A DNA stretch of 64,000 bases from an uncultured Bacteroidales bacterium (GTDB lineage Bacteria > Bacteroidota > Bacteroidia > Bacteroidales > UBA932), in assembly GCA_944322565.1 (NCBI GenBank), contig CALUPG010000002.1:208522-272521 (forward strand). The letters run 5' to 3'. The position numbers and the translations under genes were made by a program. Positions 39,865 to 48,804 of the stretch are shown piece after piece. The stretch's first letter is position 1. Every line of letters begins with the position of its first letter. Below the pieces are notes generated by a model. That model was not told the origin of the DNA. It made no database searches and saw nothing but the letters and a program-made list of their open reading frames with translations.

Positions 39865-40824
39865 ATGTACGACATGGCAATGATTGCAGTTTGGGTCGCT
39901 ATAGCGATAGTCGGCCTGATTATTTTTCTCTGGTTCTTCCCTGTGACGCTCTGGTTTCAGGCACTCATTTCAGGAGTCCGGATTTCACTTATCCAGCTGG
40001 TCCTGATGCGCTGGAGGAAAGTTCCCCCGAGCACAATCGTAATGGCAATGGTCACCGGGACCAAAGCCGGTCTGAAACTTGATGCCAATGAACTTGAAGC
40101 GCATTATCTGGCCAAAGGCAATGTGCCTAATGTCGTGAATGCCCTGATATCAGCGGACAAAGCCAACATCGCCCTTGATTTCAAGATGGCTGCGGCGATT
40201 GACCTCGCCGGCCGCGATGTCTTCGAGGCTGTGCAGATGTCCGTCAATCCGAAGGTCATCAACACTCCTCCGGTGACGGCTGTTGCCAAAGACGGCATCC
40301 AGCTCATTACTAAGGCAAGAGTCACAGTTCGGGCAAATATCCGCCAGCTAGTCGGAGGAGCCGGAGAAGAGACGGTACTCGCAAGAGTCGGCGAGGGCAT
40401 CGTGTCAAGCATCGGCTCGGCTGAGAGCCACAAGGTTGTCCTTGAGAATCCGGATTCAATCTCCAAGGTTGTCCTTAACAAGGGCCTTGATTCCGGCACA
40501 GCTTTCGAAATCCTCTCAATAGACATAGCCGATATCGACATCGGAAAGAACATCGGCGCCGTCCTCCAGATGGATCAGGCCGAAGCCGACAAGAACATCG
40601 CACAGGCCCGGGCCGAAGAGCGCCGTGCCATGGCCGTCGCCCTTGAGCAGGAAATGAAGGCCAAAGCTCAGGAGGCCCGCGCAAAGGTAATCGAGGCTGA
40701 AACCCAGATACCTCTTGCAATGGCAGAAGCTTTCCGTACCGGCAATCTCGGCATCATGGATTATTATCGCATCAAGAACATCCAGGCCGACACGGACATG
40801 CGCGAAAACATTGCCAAACAGTAG
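39865..40824 (+). CDS. floA: Flotillin-like protein FloA (YqfA/UPF0365)
   Basis: [42 protein letters not shown] and [16 protein letters not shown]. Confidence 0.92.
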   Translation: MYDMAMIAVWVAIAIVGLIIFLWFFPVTLWFQALISGVRISLIQLVLMRWRKVPPSTIVMAMVTGTKAGLKLDANELEAHYLAKGNVPNVVNALISADKANIALDFKMAAAIDLAGRDVFEAVQMSVNPKVINTPPVTAVAKDGIQLITKARVTVRANIRQLVGGAGEETVLARVGEGIVSSIGSAESHKVVLENPDSISKVVLNKGLDSGTAFEILSIDIADIDIGKNIGAVLQMDQAEADKNIAQARAEERRAMAVALEQEMKAKAQEARAKVIEAETQIPLAMAEAFRTGNLGIMDYYRIKNIQADTDMRENIAKQ

Positions 40825-40888
40825 CATTCTGTCCTCCTGCCTGCACGAATAAGTGTAAATTTATTTGGCAGAAAAGAAGATTTGAGTT

Positions 40889-40895
40889 AACTTTG
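40889..40895 (+). promoter_or_regulatory. Putative -7 promoter element for tRNA-Ser
   Basis: TAACTTTG ending at 40895, with TTTG about 20 nt upstream (40864-40867), fits the Bacteroidetes -33/-7 layout. Confidence 0.55.
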
Positions 40896-40960
40896 TCGTC
40901 CCGTTTCAGAAGCGGTGTGTATTTCCTCTTCAAGATCGGGACGACATTCAGTTTACTCCT

Positions 40961-41048
40961 GGTGAGATGGGTGAGTGGCTGAAACCAGCAGTTTGCTAAA
41001 CTGCCGTACGGGATTACCGTACCGGGGGTTCGAATCCCCCTCTCACCG
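40961..41048 (+). tRNA. tRNA-Ser (GCT)
   Basis: Acceptor stem GGTGAGA/TCTCACC, anticodon arm GCAGT-TTGCTAA-ACTGC, long variable arm, and T arm GGGGG-TTCGAAT-CCCCC. Confidence 0.97.
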
Positions 41049-41056
41049 CAAAGGAC

Positions 41057-41100
41057 AAGAGGTGTAAGAAATTAAAAATCAATTTCTTACACCTCTTTTT
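41057..41100 (+). terminator. Terminator after tRNA-Ser
   Basis: Perfect 17-bp inverted repeat AAGAGGTGTAAGAAATT/AATTTCTTACACCTCTT ending in a T run. Confidence 0.75.
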
Positions 41101-41105
41101 GTGGC

Positions 41106-41253
41106 CGCGGCCGGTGGATATATAAAACAGTGTCCGACGGCCGCGATTTTCCCGCGAAAGTGTGGCCGATGGCATTTTCAAAATGCCGACGGGCGCGAAA
41201 ACCCCGCAAAAGCGCGGCCGTTGGACAGCAAAAATGCCTCCCACCGGCCGCGC
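41106..41253. repeat. Composite triple-hairpin intergenic repeat, copy 2
   Basis: Collinear with 21438-21584. Ends CGCGGCCGGTGG...CCACCGGCCGCG. Confidence 0.85.
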
Positions 41254-41297
41254 ACAAGAATGACCTTGCGACATAAAATATGTGCCGAAAATTTGGT

Positions 41298-41370
41298 TCA
41301 GTCTTCGTCAGTTCTCATTAGTCCTCATTAGTTCTTATCAGTTCTCGTCAGTCCTCATCAGTCCTCGTCA
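41298..41370. repeat. 10-bp tandem repeat, ~7.3 units (T(C/T)AGT(C/T)CTC(A/G) consensus)
   Basis: tcagtcttcg tcagttctca ttagtcctca ttagttctta tcagttctcg tcagtcctca tcagtcctcg tca. Confidence 0.9.
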
Positions 41371-42605
41371 ATAGTCTGTTCCGGTTCCCATATCCGGTCC
41401 ATGATGTCTCTGGCAATTGTGTTGCCTTCTTCAGTGGCAGTCATCAGTATATCGTACCAGCGTTCGGTGTCATCCATGAATTCAGCCGGGTCATTGTTCT
41501 TGGCGGCGTTCTCTATCCAGTCCCAAGCTTCCTCCTGGTCCGGGGCAAGGCATCCTTTGTCGATGCCTTCCAGAAGAATGTGCCTGAAGTGGCTTATGCG
41601 GACGATTTGGCCGGTGCTCCAGTTGTTGGATGCATCAAGCAGGGCTTTGAGCGGATACAGGTCTGTCCTGCCGTTTTTATATATGAGTTCGTCCAGCATA
41701 TCGAGCACTTTTTGTTCGGCTTTGGTAGTGTCTGCTTTTCTCGGGTCCATGGCTTTGTGCAAATCCATGATTTTGTTCAACAGTCTTATGGTTCTTGCGT
41801 AAAGCGGGATTTCCCGATATTCGAATCGCATACGCATTTCATCCACACTCAAATACGGATTGTCGAGCAGGATATTCTGGGTAGTGACGGTGTTGCCCAA
41901 CGGTATCTCATATTCGTGCGAGCACCATTGTACTCTGACTTTGTCCTCTGAGGCCTCAAGTATTTCGAAGGCTGAATCAGGGAAGTGCGGAACTTCAAAC
42001 CGGGATCCTTTCCTGAGGTCCTTCTCAGGAATATCCATGTCTCCATATTCGGTGTTGCTGACGGACATGTCCATGGTGCGCTCCGTAGCCCGGACCCTCA
42101 ATTCTTTTCCCGGATCACCTTTTGTCTCGTCAATTGTGCAGGGACTTTCCTGGTCTTTTGTGTCCTTTGTCGCGTTTGACCTCTTTGTCTCTTCTGACTC
42201 TTTTGTGTCATTTGGCTCCGGGGCGGCAGATTCTCTGTTTCCGCCTTTTGCCATTTCTGCGAGGCGGCAGATGTCCGGAATGCAATCATGTATCCTGATA
42301 ATGGCATTGTCCATCTCCGCGTAGCACATCGGGTCTTCCGCAGGTCCTTTTACTGATGTCCTCAGGCGTTCCAGAATGTCTTCCAGGAGAGGTTCGTCAG
42401 AGAGCCCTGCAGAGGCTGCGAATCTGTTCAGTTCCACCATAATTGTGAGGGTATTGAAGAAAAATCCCTCAGGGTCAGCCATTCGTGCTTCAAGATGCTT
42501 TATTTCATAGAATACTGTCGCCAGATTGGGGTCATCAGTGCTTAAATAGTGTTTGCCGATGACATAATTGTATTGTGCGGTCGGGATGTAGTTGTTGTCG
42601 TCCAT
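41358..42605 (-). CDS. Hypothetical protein (acidic, low-complexity linker, helical C-terminus)
   Basis: 415-aa ORF starting 4 nt after the fucosidase stop. No family recognised. Confidence 0.7.
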   Translation of the reverse strand: MDDNNYIPTAQYNYVIGKHYLSTDDPNLATVFYEIKHLEARMADPEGFFFNTLTIMVELNRFAASAGLSDEPLLEDILERLRTSVKGPAEDPMCYAEMDNAIIRIHDCIPDICRLAEMAKGGNRESAAPEPNDTKESEETKRSNATKDTKDQESPCTIDETKGDPGKELRVRATERTMDMSVSNTEYGDMDIPEKDLRKGSRFEVPHFPDSAFEILEASEDKVRVQWCSHEYEIPLGNTVTTQNILLDNPYLSVDEMRMRFEYREIPLYARTIRLLNKIMDLHKAMDPRKADTTKAEQKVLDMLDELIYKNGRTDLYPLKALLDASNNWSTGQIVRISHFRHILLEGIDKGCLAPDQEEAWDWIENAAKNNDPAEFMDDTERWYDILMTATEEGNTIARDIMDRIWEPEQTIDED

Positions 42606-42609
42606 GGCA

Positions 42610-43941
42610 TTAAATGGTGTTGAGCGTCAGTTCCACAATCATGTCCGTTTCCGTCGGGATGCGTCCGAGCTTCAGGAGAACTCCGTCCTTGTCCTGGCGG
42701 AATTCAAGTGTCCTGCCGTCGTTGAGGCATACTGCCTTGCGGACTTTCCCGGATGTGAACGGGACGAATAGAGTATTGTCATGACAGTTCATGATGTGTA
42801 CATAACGGATATTGTCTCTGCGGGTCATGACGCCCCAGTCGCGCGGAGTCATTTCTCCTCCTCTTGTCCCATATATGGTATGTCCGAATTTTCTGAGCCA
42901 TTCTCCGATGCCTTTCATCCTGTCAACAGCCTGTTCCGGAAGATTGCCGTCCGGCTGCGGTCCGACATTGAGCAGCAGGTTGGCATCTCTGCCCGCTGCT
43001 CCGACAAGATACTGCACAAGGGTACGGACAGATTTGTAGTCCTGGTCGGTGATTTTGTAGCCCCACATGCCGTTCATGGTCTGGCAGGTTTCAAGAGGCA
43101 GGGCGTCGCTTACATCCTGTCCGGACAGGCCTGCGGTATTTTCGCCGGGCAAATCCCTTTCGAAAATCTGGATGTCCTCTCCCTCGAACGGCGCAAGATG
43201 GTGATTGTTGCCCACGAGGCAGCCCGGCTGCAGGGAATGTATAAGTCCGTACAGTTCTTCATATCGCCAGTCAAAATCCCGGTTCTGGTCCTGGTCCCAA
43301 TGCCCGTCGAACCAGATTGCCCTGACAGGGCCATAGTTTGTCAGCAATTCAGTGAGCTGGGCTTTCATGAAATCGTAGTATGCGTCCTTGTCCACTGTGT
43401 CAAGCGGCCTGCCCGTCCCGAGCCCGGTCCTTCCCCTCGGCGCATCTTCCCGTCCCCAGTCAATCAGCGAATAGTAGAAATGCACTTCAATGCCCTGTCT
43501 GTGGCATTCGTCTGCAAGTTCCTTTACGATGTCCCGCTTGAACGGTGTGGCATCGATGATATCATAGTCTGTCGCCTCGCTGTCGAACATTGAGAAGCCG
43601 TCATGATGCCTTGTCGTGAAACAGATGTATTTCGCCCCGGCATCCTTGACAGCCGACACCCATTCGGATGCGTTGAAGCTGCCGGGATAGAAACCTCCTG
43701 CGAGTTTGGCGTATTCCTTATAGTCAAGGTTTTTGTTAGTCATTGTCCATTCTCCCGTGGCAAGCATGGAGTATACTCCCCAGTGGATGAATATTCCGAA
43801 CCGGTCTGCTCTGAATTCTTCCCTGGATTTGACATTTTCCGGAGACGGATTATAGTCCGCGGCAATAATATTTGCCCCGGCAACGGGTGATGCCGCAATG
43901 GCGGCCATGGACAGGCATGCTGTCAGCAGTATCTTGTTCAT
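42610..43941 (-). CDS. Alpha-L-fucosidase (GH29)
   Basis: Signal peptide, FGIFIHWGVYS, TTRHHDGFSMF, IWFDG (nucleophile Asp), ETCQTMNGMWGY and LLLNVGPQPDG. Confidence 0.95.
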   Translation of the reverse strand: MNKILLTACLSMAAIAASPVAGANIIAADYNPSPENVKSREEFRADRFGIFIHWGVYSMLATGEWTMTNKNLDYKEYAKLAGGFYPGSFNASEWVSAVKDAGAKYICFTTRHHDGFSMFDSEATDYDIIDATPFKRDIVKELADECHRQGIEVHFYYSLIDWGREDAPRGRTGLGTGRPLDTVDKDAYYDFMKAQLTELLTNYGPVRAIWFDGHWDQDQNRDFDWRYEELYGLIHSLQPGCLVGNNHHLAPFEGEDIQIFERDLPGENTAGLSGQDVSDALPLETCQTMNGMWGYKITDQDYKSVRTLVQYLVGAAGRDANLLLNVGPQPDGNLPEQAVDRMKGIGEWLRKFGHTIYGTRGGEMTPRDWGVMTRRDNIRYVHIMNCHDNTLFVPFTSGKVRKAVCLNDGRTLEFRQDKDGVLLKLGRIPTETDMIVELTLNTI

Positions 43942-44084
43942 GAGGTATGTATTTGATTTCAAATATACGCAGAAGCCGAGAGCAATGCAAGCTTGTTTGC
44001 AATTGCCGAGGCGCAACAGTATAAATGACGGAGTCAAATATAAAGATAATTTCGGCAGAAATAATTCCTGCGGAATGCAATTAT

Positions 44085-44117
44085 AAAAAAAGAGTGGCCG
44101 GCTGACCACTCTTTTTT
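44085..44117. terminator. Intrinsic terminator (bidirectional shape) after the lipoprotein gene
   Basis: A-run AGAGTGG ccggctga CCACTCT T-run. Confidence 0.75.
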
Positions 44118-44137
44118 CTCTGAATCTGAATCAGTCA

Positions 44138-45784
44138 TTACCTGTACTGAGCAAATTCAATGTCTTTTGCTGCCCTTTCTGCAAGAGCTTCAACTTTGCC
44201 TGCTGCCTCAAGGTTGGCCTTTACTTCTTCGGCATTGCCCTGGCGCGCGGCGATGATGGCCTTCAGGTAAGAAACACTCGGGCTTGCGCATTTTGCGGAA
44301 GCTGCAGCCTTGTCAAGCTGTCCTGTAAGGATGTAGGCAAGAGTCTTGTTGTGGCAGCATCCCTGTGCGTCGGCGAGTTTCTCTGCTGCGGCAGCATAGT
44401 TGCCGTCAAGGATATCAAGCACTGCAAGGTTTTCCTTTGAAGTCTGTGAGCCGGCGGCTTTGAAGTATTTTGCTGCTTCAGCTGCATTGCCTTCCCTCAG
44501 GGCTACGACGCCCATGGCATTCTGCCAGTATGCGTTCTGGTCCTGAACCTTTGCAAGGGCTGCCTTGGCTGCATCAAGCTTGTCTTCGTTCAGATATACG
44601 ACGGCAAGATTGTACTGTGCGCGGTCGCTGTTGAATTTCTCGATGGCTTTCTTGTAGACATTCTCCTTTGCAGAGTTTTCCTTTGCTACTGATGCGGCGC
44701 GGAGGAGAGCCTCTTCGTCAAGCACGTCAATGTTTTCCTCGATGAGCTGAAGGAGTTCTTCGTTTGAGTAGTTGGTGAATTCAACATTGGCGATGAATCT
44801 TGCGCGACGGAGTTCAGGAAGGATTTCCTTTGCAAGAGTCTTGTAGACGGCAGACATGTTCTTGATTTCTCTCTCGCGGACAGCAGGGTCGCTGTACATT
44901 GAAAGTACACGGATGATAAGATCCTTGTCAGCGATGTCAGACTGTGCCACGAGCTCCTGGAAGCCTTCCCAGTCCTGCCCGATGCTCTTCACATTGACCG
45001 GAGCCTCTACCTCATGTTTCTTTGTAACTTTGTCAAATGCTTTTTCCGCAGAAGTTGAACGCTTGTCGGAAAGCTTTGCATTGAGCTCTTCTCCGCCGTC
45101 AGGTGATGCGTAAGCGACGATGTCAGTGCTTACGATTTCCTTGCGCTCGTTGGCCTTGATTTCATCGAGGGCTTCCTGGAAGCTCTTGATGGACTCAGAC
45201 CTGAGCTGGCTGTTTCTTACTGTAGAGCTGTTGATGGTATAAAGAATCTGGCCTTCAGCTGTCTGCTTGATGATTTCCTGATAGCTGTCAGGGATGTAGT
45301 CAACCTTGCCGTCTTTGTTTACGAGCATGTAGGTGGTGTTGGTTCCGTCAGCGACTTTCTTTACAGGAAGGTTTACGGATTTGTTCTTGTGCATTACTGT
45401 ACCGCGGAGCTCAAGATAACCTTTTTCCATTCCCGGAACATATGTGAAGTGCACTTTCTCTGTCACAGTCGAGCCCTCGGAAGGGATTGTCTTGTAGTTG
45501 TCGGTGACTTTTTCTCCCTGATACATGAAAGGCTCCATGGCAGCTTCTCCTCCTTCATATACGAGGACAGGAGTGACTTCCAGAATGGCTTTCGGGTGGA
45601 AATAGTCAGCAGGATAAGTAACGGAAACTGTAGCATTGATTTCTCCGGCTACAACTTCAAGTACGGCAGGGTCGCACTTAACTGTCACGTTCTCTGCCAT
45701 GTCTGCCATTTTCTCCGGGGAGCTGCAGGCCACTGCTGCAAGACCCAGGACGGCAGATGACAAAAGTTTGATACCTTTTTTCAT
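44138..45784 (-). CDS. Lipoprotein with OmpA-like and TPR domains
   Basis: Lipobox LAAVAC, degenerate OmpA-C motif (AYASPDG...NAKLSDKR...GQDW) and TPR-like C-terminus (AQYNLAVVYL; NAMGVVAL). Confidence 0.75.
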   Translation of the reverse strand: MKKGIKLLSSAVLGLAAVACSSPEKMADMAENVTVKCDPAVLEVVAGEINATVSVTYPADYFHPKAILEVTPVLVYEGGEAAMEPFMYQGEKVTDNYKTIPSEGSTVTEKVHFTYVPGMEKGYLELRGTVMHKNKSVNLPVKKVADGTNTTYMLVNKDGKVDYIPDSYQEIIKQTAEGQILYTINSSTVRNSQLRSESIKSFQEALDEIKANERKEIVSTDIVAYASPDGGEELNAKLSDKRSTSAEKAFDKVTKKHEVEAPVNVKSIGQDWEGFQELVAQSDIADKDLIIRVLSMYSDPAVREREIKNMSAVYKTLAKEILPELRRARFIANVEFTNYSNEELLQLIEENIDVLDEEALLRAASVAKENSAKENVYKKAIEKFNSDRAQYNLAVVYLNEDKLDAAKAALAKVQDQNAYWQNAMGVVALREGNAAEAAKYFKAAGSQTSKENLAVLDILDGNYAAAAEKLADAQGCCHNKTLAYILTGQLDKAAASAKCASPSVSYLKAIIAARQGNAEEVKANLEAAGKVEALAERAAKDIEFAQYR

Positions 45785-45924
45785 TTCAAATATAGATTAA
45801 ATGGTTTGTTTTCATAAATGATTGCACGCTTTTGACAGCGCAGAATCATTGCAAATATAATCATTATTTTAAATTTTCGGCATTCCTGTACTATTTTTCA
45901 CGCCTTTTCTTAACTTTGCGCATT

Positions 45925-47202
45925 ATGACAAATCAGGAACTCCAGACTCTAAAGAATAAATTTGACATCATCGGCAATGATCCCGGACTTAACCGGGCTC
46001 TTGAAATCGCTGTGGCAGTGGCTCCTACGGATTTGACTGTGCTCATCAGCGGTGAGAGCGGAGTAGGAAAGGAAAATATTCCGAAAATCATACATCAGTT
46101 CAGTCGCCGCCGTACGGGCAAATATTTTGCCGTCAACTGCGGGGCCATACCTGAAGGCACGATTGATTCAGAACTCTTCGGTCATGAAAAGGGTGCTTTT
46201 ACCGGAGCTGCGGAGATGCGCAAGGGATATTTTGAGGAAGCTGACGGCGGAACTCTCTTCCTGGACGAAATCGGCGAGCTTCCCCTGGCTTCGCAGGCAA
46301 AACTTCTGCGCGTGCTGCAGTCGGGGGAATTCATCAGGGTCGGATCGTCCAAAGTGCTGAAGACAGATGTCAGGGTAGTGGCGGCGACCAATGTCAACCT
46401 CATGCACGCAGTGTCCCGGGGCAAATTCCGGGAGGATCTCTATTACAGGCTCAATGCTGTGCCGATAACAATGCCCTCCCTCAGGGAACGGCAGGATGAC
46501 ATCCATCTGCTGTTCAGAAAATTCGCCTCGGATTTTTCGGAAAAGTACGGAATGGCCAAGGTGTCGCTGACTCCCGATGCCGTGGCTCTGCTCAAAAGCT
46601 ACCGCTGGCCGGGGAATATCCGTCAGCTGAAGAATGTGGCCGAGACTGTTTCCGCCCTTGAATCTGAAAAGCTTTCGGCAAGGACGGAAAGGTTTGAGAT
46701 AAATGCCGATGTGCTTTCTTCATATATTCCGAAGGATGACCGCAGTATGCTTCCGGTGAAGTCGAGTGCGGCGGAAGAAACCGTCAGCCCGTCGGAACGG
46801 GAGGCCATGATAAGGATGATATATCAGTTGAGGCAGGAGGTGGACTATCTCAAGGAAATTGTTCTGGGGCATGGGACCGGAATGCACCCGAGACAGCTTT
46901 CCGCCCCCGGACAGACTGCCGGAGCCGACCGGAGTCTTCAGGAAGATGCCGACTGGCAGGATGCCGAGCAGCCGGACGCTCCGGAGGTCACGCCTTCGGC
47001 CGTAATCAATCTGGGTGAAGGTTCTGTACGGCCCGCTTTTAAGGAACAGGGTGACCCGGGAAGCCTTTCGCTTGAGAAGGCGGGCGAGGATTTGATCAGG
47101 AAGGCTCTTGAAAAATACAAGGGCAACAGAAAGCTTGCTGCCGCCGAACTGGGAATTTCCGAGAGGACATTGTACAGGAAACTGAAGAATATCGGTGAAT
47201 GA
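45925..47202 (+). CDS. Sigma-54-dependent (Fis-type HTH) AAA+ activator without an N-terminal sensor domain
   Basis: GESGVGKE, ELFGHEKGAFTGA, LFLDEIGE, WPGNIRQL and C-terminal HTH (GNRKLAAAELGISERTLYRKL). Confidence 0.92.
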   Translation: MTNQELQTLKNKFDIIGNDPGLNRALEIAVAVAPTDLTVLISGESGVGKENIPKIIHQFSRRRTGKYFAVNCGAIPEGTIDSELFGHEKGAFTGAAEMRKGYFEEADGGTLFLDEIGELPLASQAKLLRVLQSGEFIRVGSSKVLKTDVRVVAATNVNLMHAVSRGKFREDLYYRLNAVPITMPSLRERQDDIHLLFRKFASDFSEKYGMAKVSLTPDAVALLKSYRWPGNIRQLKNVAETVSALESEKLSARTERFEINADVLSSYIPKDDRSMLPVKSSAAEETVSPSEREAMIRMIYQLRQEVDYLKEIVLGHGTGMHPRQLSAPGQTAGADRSLQEDADWQDAEQPDAPEVTPSAVINLGEGSVRPAFKEQGDPGSLSLEKAGEDLIRKALEKYKGNRKLAAAELGISERTLYRKLKNIGE

Positions 47203-47237
47203 TACGGCTGTCATCGGATAATAATCGACTGAACAAG

Positions 47238-47780
47238 ATGAAAGAAATGATGAAAAATAAATTCAGAATGCTGCTGCAGGCTCTGTCGGCTGTTGTCGTG
47301 CTTGTTGCTTCGGCTCCGCTTTTCCAGTCATGCGGCATATATTCTTTTTCCGGGACATCCATTCAGCCGGATGTGTATACCGTCACAATCAATTATTTTG
47401 AATACAAGGCTCTGCGTGTGAACCCTACTTTGAGCAATGAGCTCACCGAAGCTCTCCGGGACCAGTTCCGGAGGCTCACGAGGCTTGAGGAGGTGGACAT
47501 GGAGGGTGACCTTGAGATTACGGGTGAAATTACCGGATATGATGTCAGGGCCACAGCCGTGACCGCCGACGAGGTTGCGGCCCAGAACCGTCTCACCGTG
47601 ACGGTGAAGATATATTTCATGAACAGGAAATATCCTGAAGATGATTTTGAGAAATCATTCTCGGCCTACGCAGACTATGACTCGATGCAGTCTCTTGATG
47701 CTGTGGAGTCCACCCTGTGTACAGATATCATAGAGACTCTGGTCGAGGATATTTTCAATGCAACTGTCGCCAACTGGTAA
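47238..47780 (+). CDS. lptE: LPS assembly lipoprotein LptE-like
   Basis: Lipobox LFQSC then GIYSFSG, and NRLTVTVK..FMNR. Exact start uncertain (47238 or 47247). Confidence 0.72.
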   Translation: MKEMMKNKFRMLLQALSAVVVLVASAPLFQSCGIYSFSGTSIQPDVYTVTINYFEYKALRVNPTLSNELTEALRDQFRRLTRLEEVDMEGDLEITGEITGYDVRATAVTADEVAAQNRLTVTVKIYFMNRKYPEDDFEKSFSAYADYDSMQSLDAVESTLCTDIIETLVEDIFNATVANW

Positions 47781-47790
47781 TGCGGGGCAT

Positions 47791-48369
47791 ATGGAAGGAT
47801 TCATTGATTTGAAAAAATTGTCCATTGACGAACTTGCCGGGGTCGTCAGTCTTTATCCGTGGTTCGGAGGAGCCAGGAAAGAACTGTGCAGGAGAATGAG
47901 TGCGGCAGGCGGCGAGAGCTGGGGCGTCTCCCAGTATGCTGAAGCGGCAATGCATCTCCCCTCAAGGAGAGTTATAGCCGGGCTGTTCCGGAGTACGTCT
48001 TCCGGGGACTGTTCTGACGGCAATTTGTCGGAGATTCTAAAAAAAATGAGCAGCGGCCTCAATTCCAGGCGGGTCCGCGTTGCAGGCGGAGATTATTTTT
48101 CTCAGGAGCAATATGATCTTGTCCGGAAACAGGATGATTCTTTTGTCGGCAGGTTCAATTGCCGCCCGGAGGAGAATACTGCAGGAGTCGGGACCGAAAC
48201 GGGAGAAAGCCTTGCATTCTACACGGAGACACTGGCTCAGATATATGCTGACCAGGGATATTATGAGCGGGCCAGGGATATTTATTCAAAACTAATTTTG
48301 GCATATCCGGAAAAAAATACTTACTTTGCAGCCCTTATTGAAAAATTGGACCAAGAAATTAAAAAATAG
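47791..48369 (+). CDS. Hypothetical protein with a C-terminal TPR-like helix pair
   Basis: YPWF N-terminal motif and YTETLAQIYADQGYYERARDIYSKLILAYPEKNTYFA. Confidence 0.75.
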   Translation: MEGFIDLKKLSIDELAGVVSLYPWFGGARKELCRRMSAAGGESWGVSQYAEAAMHLPSRRVIAGLFRSTSSGDCSDGNLSEILKKMSSGLNSRRVRVAGGDYFSQEQYDLVRKQDDSFVGRFNCRPEENTAGVGTETGESLAFYTETLAQIYADQGYYERARDIYSKLILAYPEKNTYFAALIEKLDQEIKK

Positions 48370-48374
48370 CGATT

Positions 48375-48752
48375 ATGGGTATCGTATTTACTATTCTCAC
48401 AGTGCTGGTCATCCTGGCAAGCGTGCTTATGACTATAGTTGTGCTGCTCCAGAACAGCAAGGGCGGCGGACTTGCCAGCAACTTTGCCGTCGGAAACCAG
48501 ACTTTCGGCGTGCGCAAGACTGCAGACATCCTTGAGAAAGTCACATGGGGTCTTGTCGCATTCATATTCGTGCTTTCCATCGTGACTACCTTTACTACAG
48601 GCGGGTCAGGCCGGGCTGAGATTGATGTCACCGACAGGATTGAGAATGCGGCCGGAAGCCAGACTCCGGACTTTGCTCCGCTTCAGCAGTCATCTCCGGA
48701 GGCAGAAAGTCCCGCTCAGGAGGCTCCTGCACAGGAAGTTCCTGCTGAATAA
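48375..48752 (+). CDS. secG: Preprotein translocase subunit SecG
   Basis: VVLLQNSKGGGLASNF...GVRKTADILEKVTW, with two TM helices. Confidence 0.93.
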   Translation: MGIVFTILTVLVILASVLMTIVVLLQNSKGGGLASNFAVGNQTFGVRKTADILEKVTWGLVAFIFVLSIVTTFTTGGSGRAEIDVTDRIENAAGSQTPDFAPLQQSSPEAESPAQEAPAQEVPAE

Positions 48753-48785
48753 AAGTCGTTGCAACACAGAGAATAAAGTCCTGAT

Positions 48786-48804
48786 TACTGACAAAATGTC
48801 AGTA
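48786..48804. promoter_or_regulatory. Operator-like palindrome upstream of clpB
   Basis: TACTGACA-AAA-TGTCAGTA, a perfect 8-bp inverted repeat. Confidence 0.55.

Noticed and set aside
41298-41370. Possible CRISPR array
   Set aside because: The 10-bp units are contiguous with no spacers, and there are no cas genes.
42610-43941. Polysaccharide utilisation locus around the GH29 fucosidase
   Set aside because: No susC/susD pair, sensor-regulator or other glycosidase is adjacent.
41049-44085. Integrative element or prophage at tRNA-Ser
   Set aside because: No integrase, no duplicated tRNA 3' end (att site) and no phage or conjugation genes are seen in the window.
48786-48804. CIRCE (HrcA) element upstream of clpB
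   Set aside because: Does not match TTAGCACTC-N9-GAGTGCTAA. Reported instead as an unknown palindrome.
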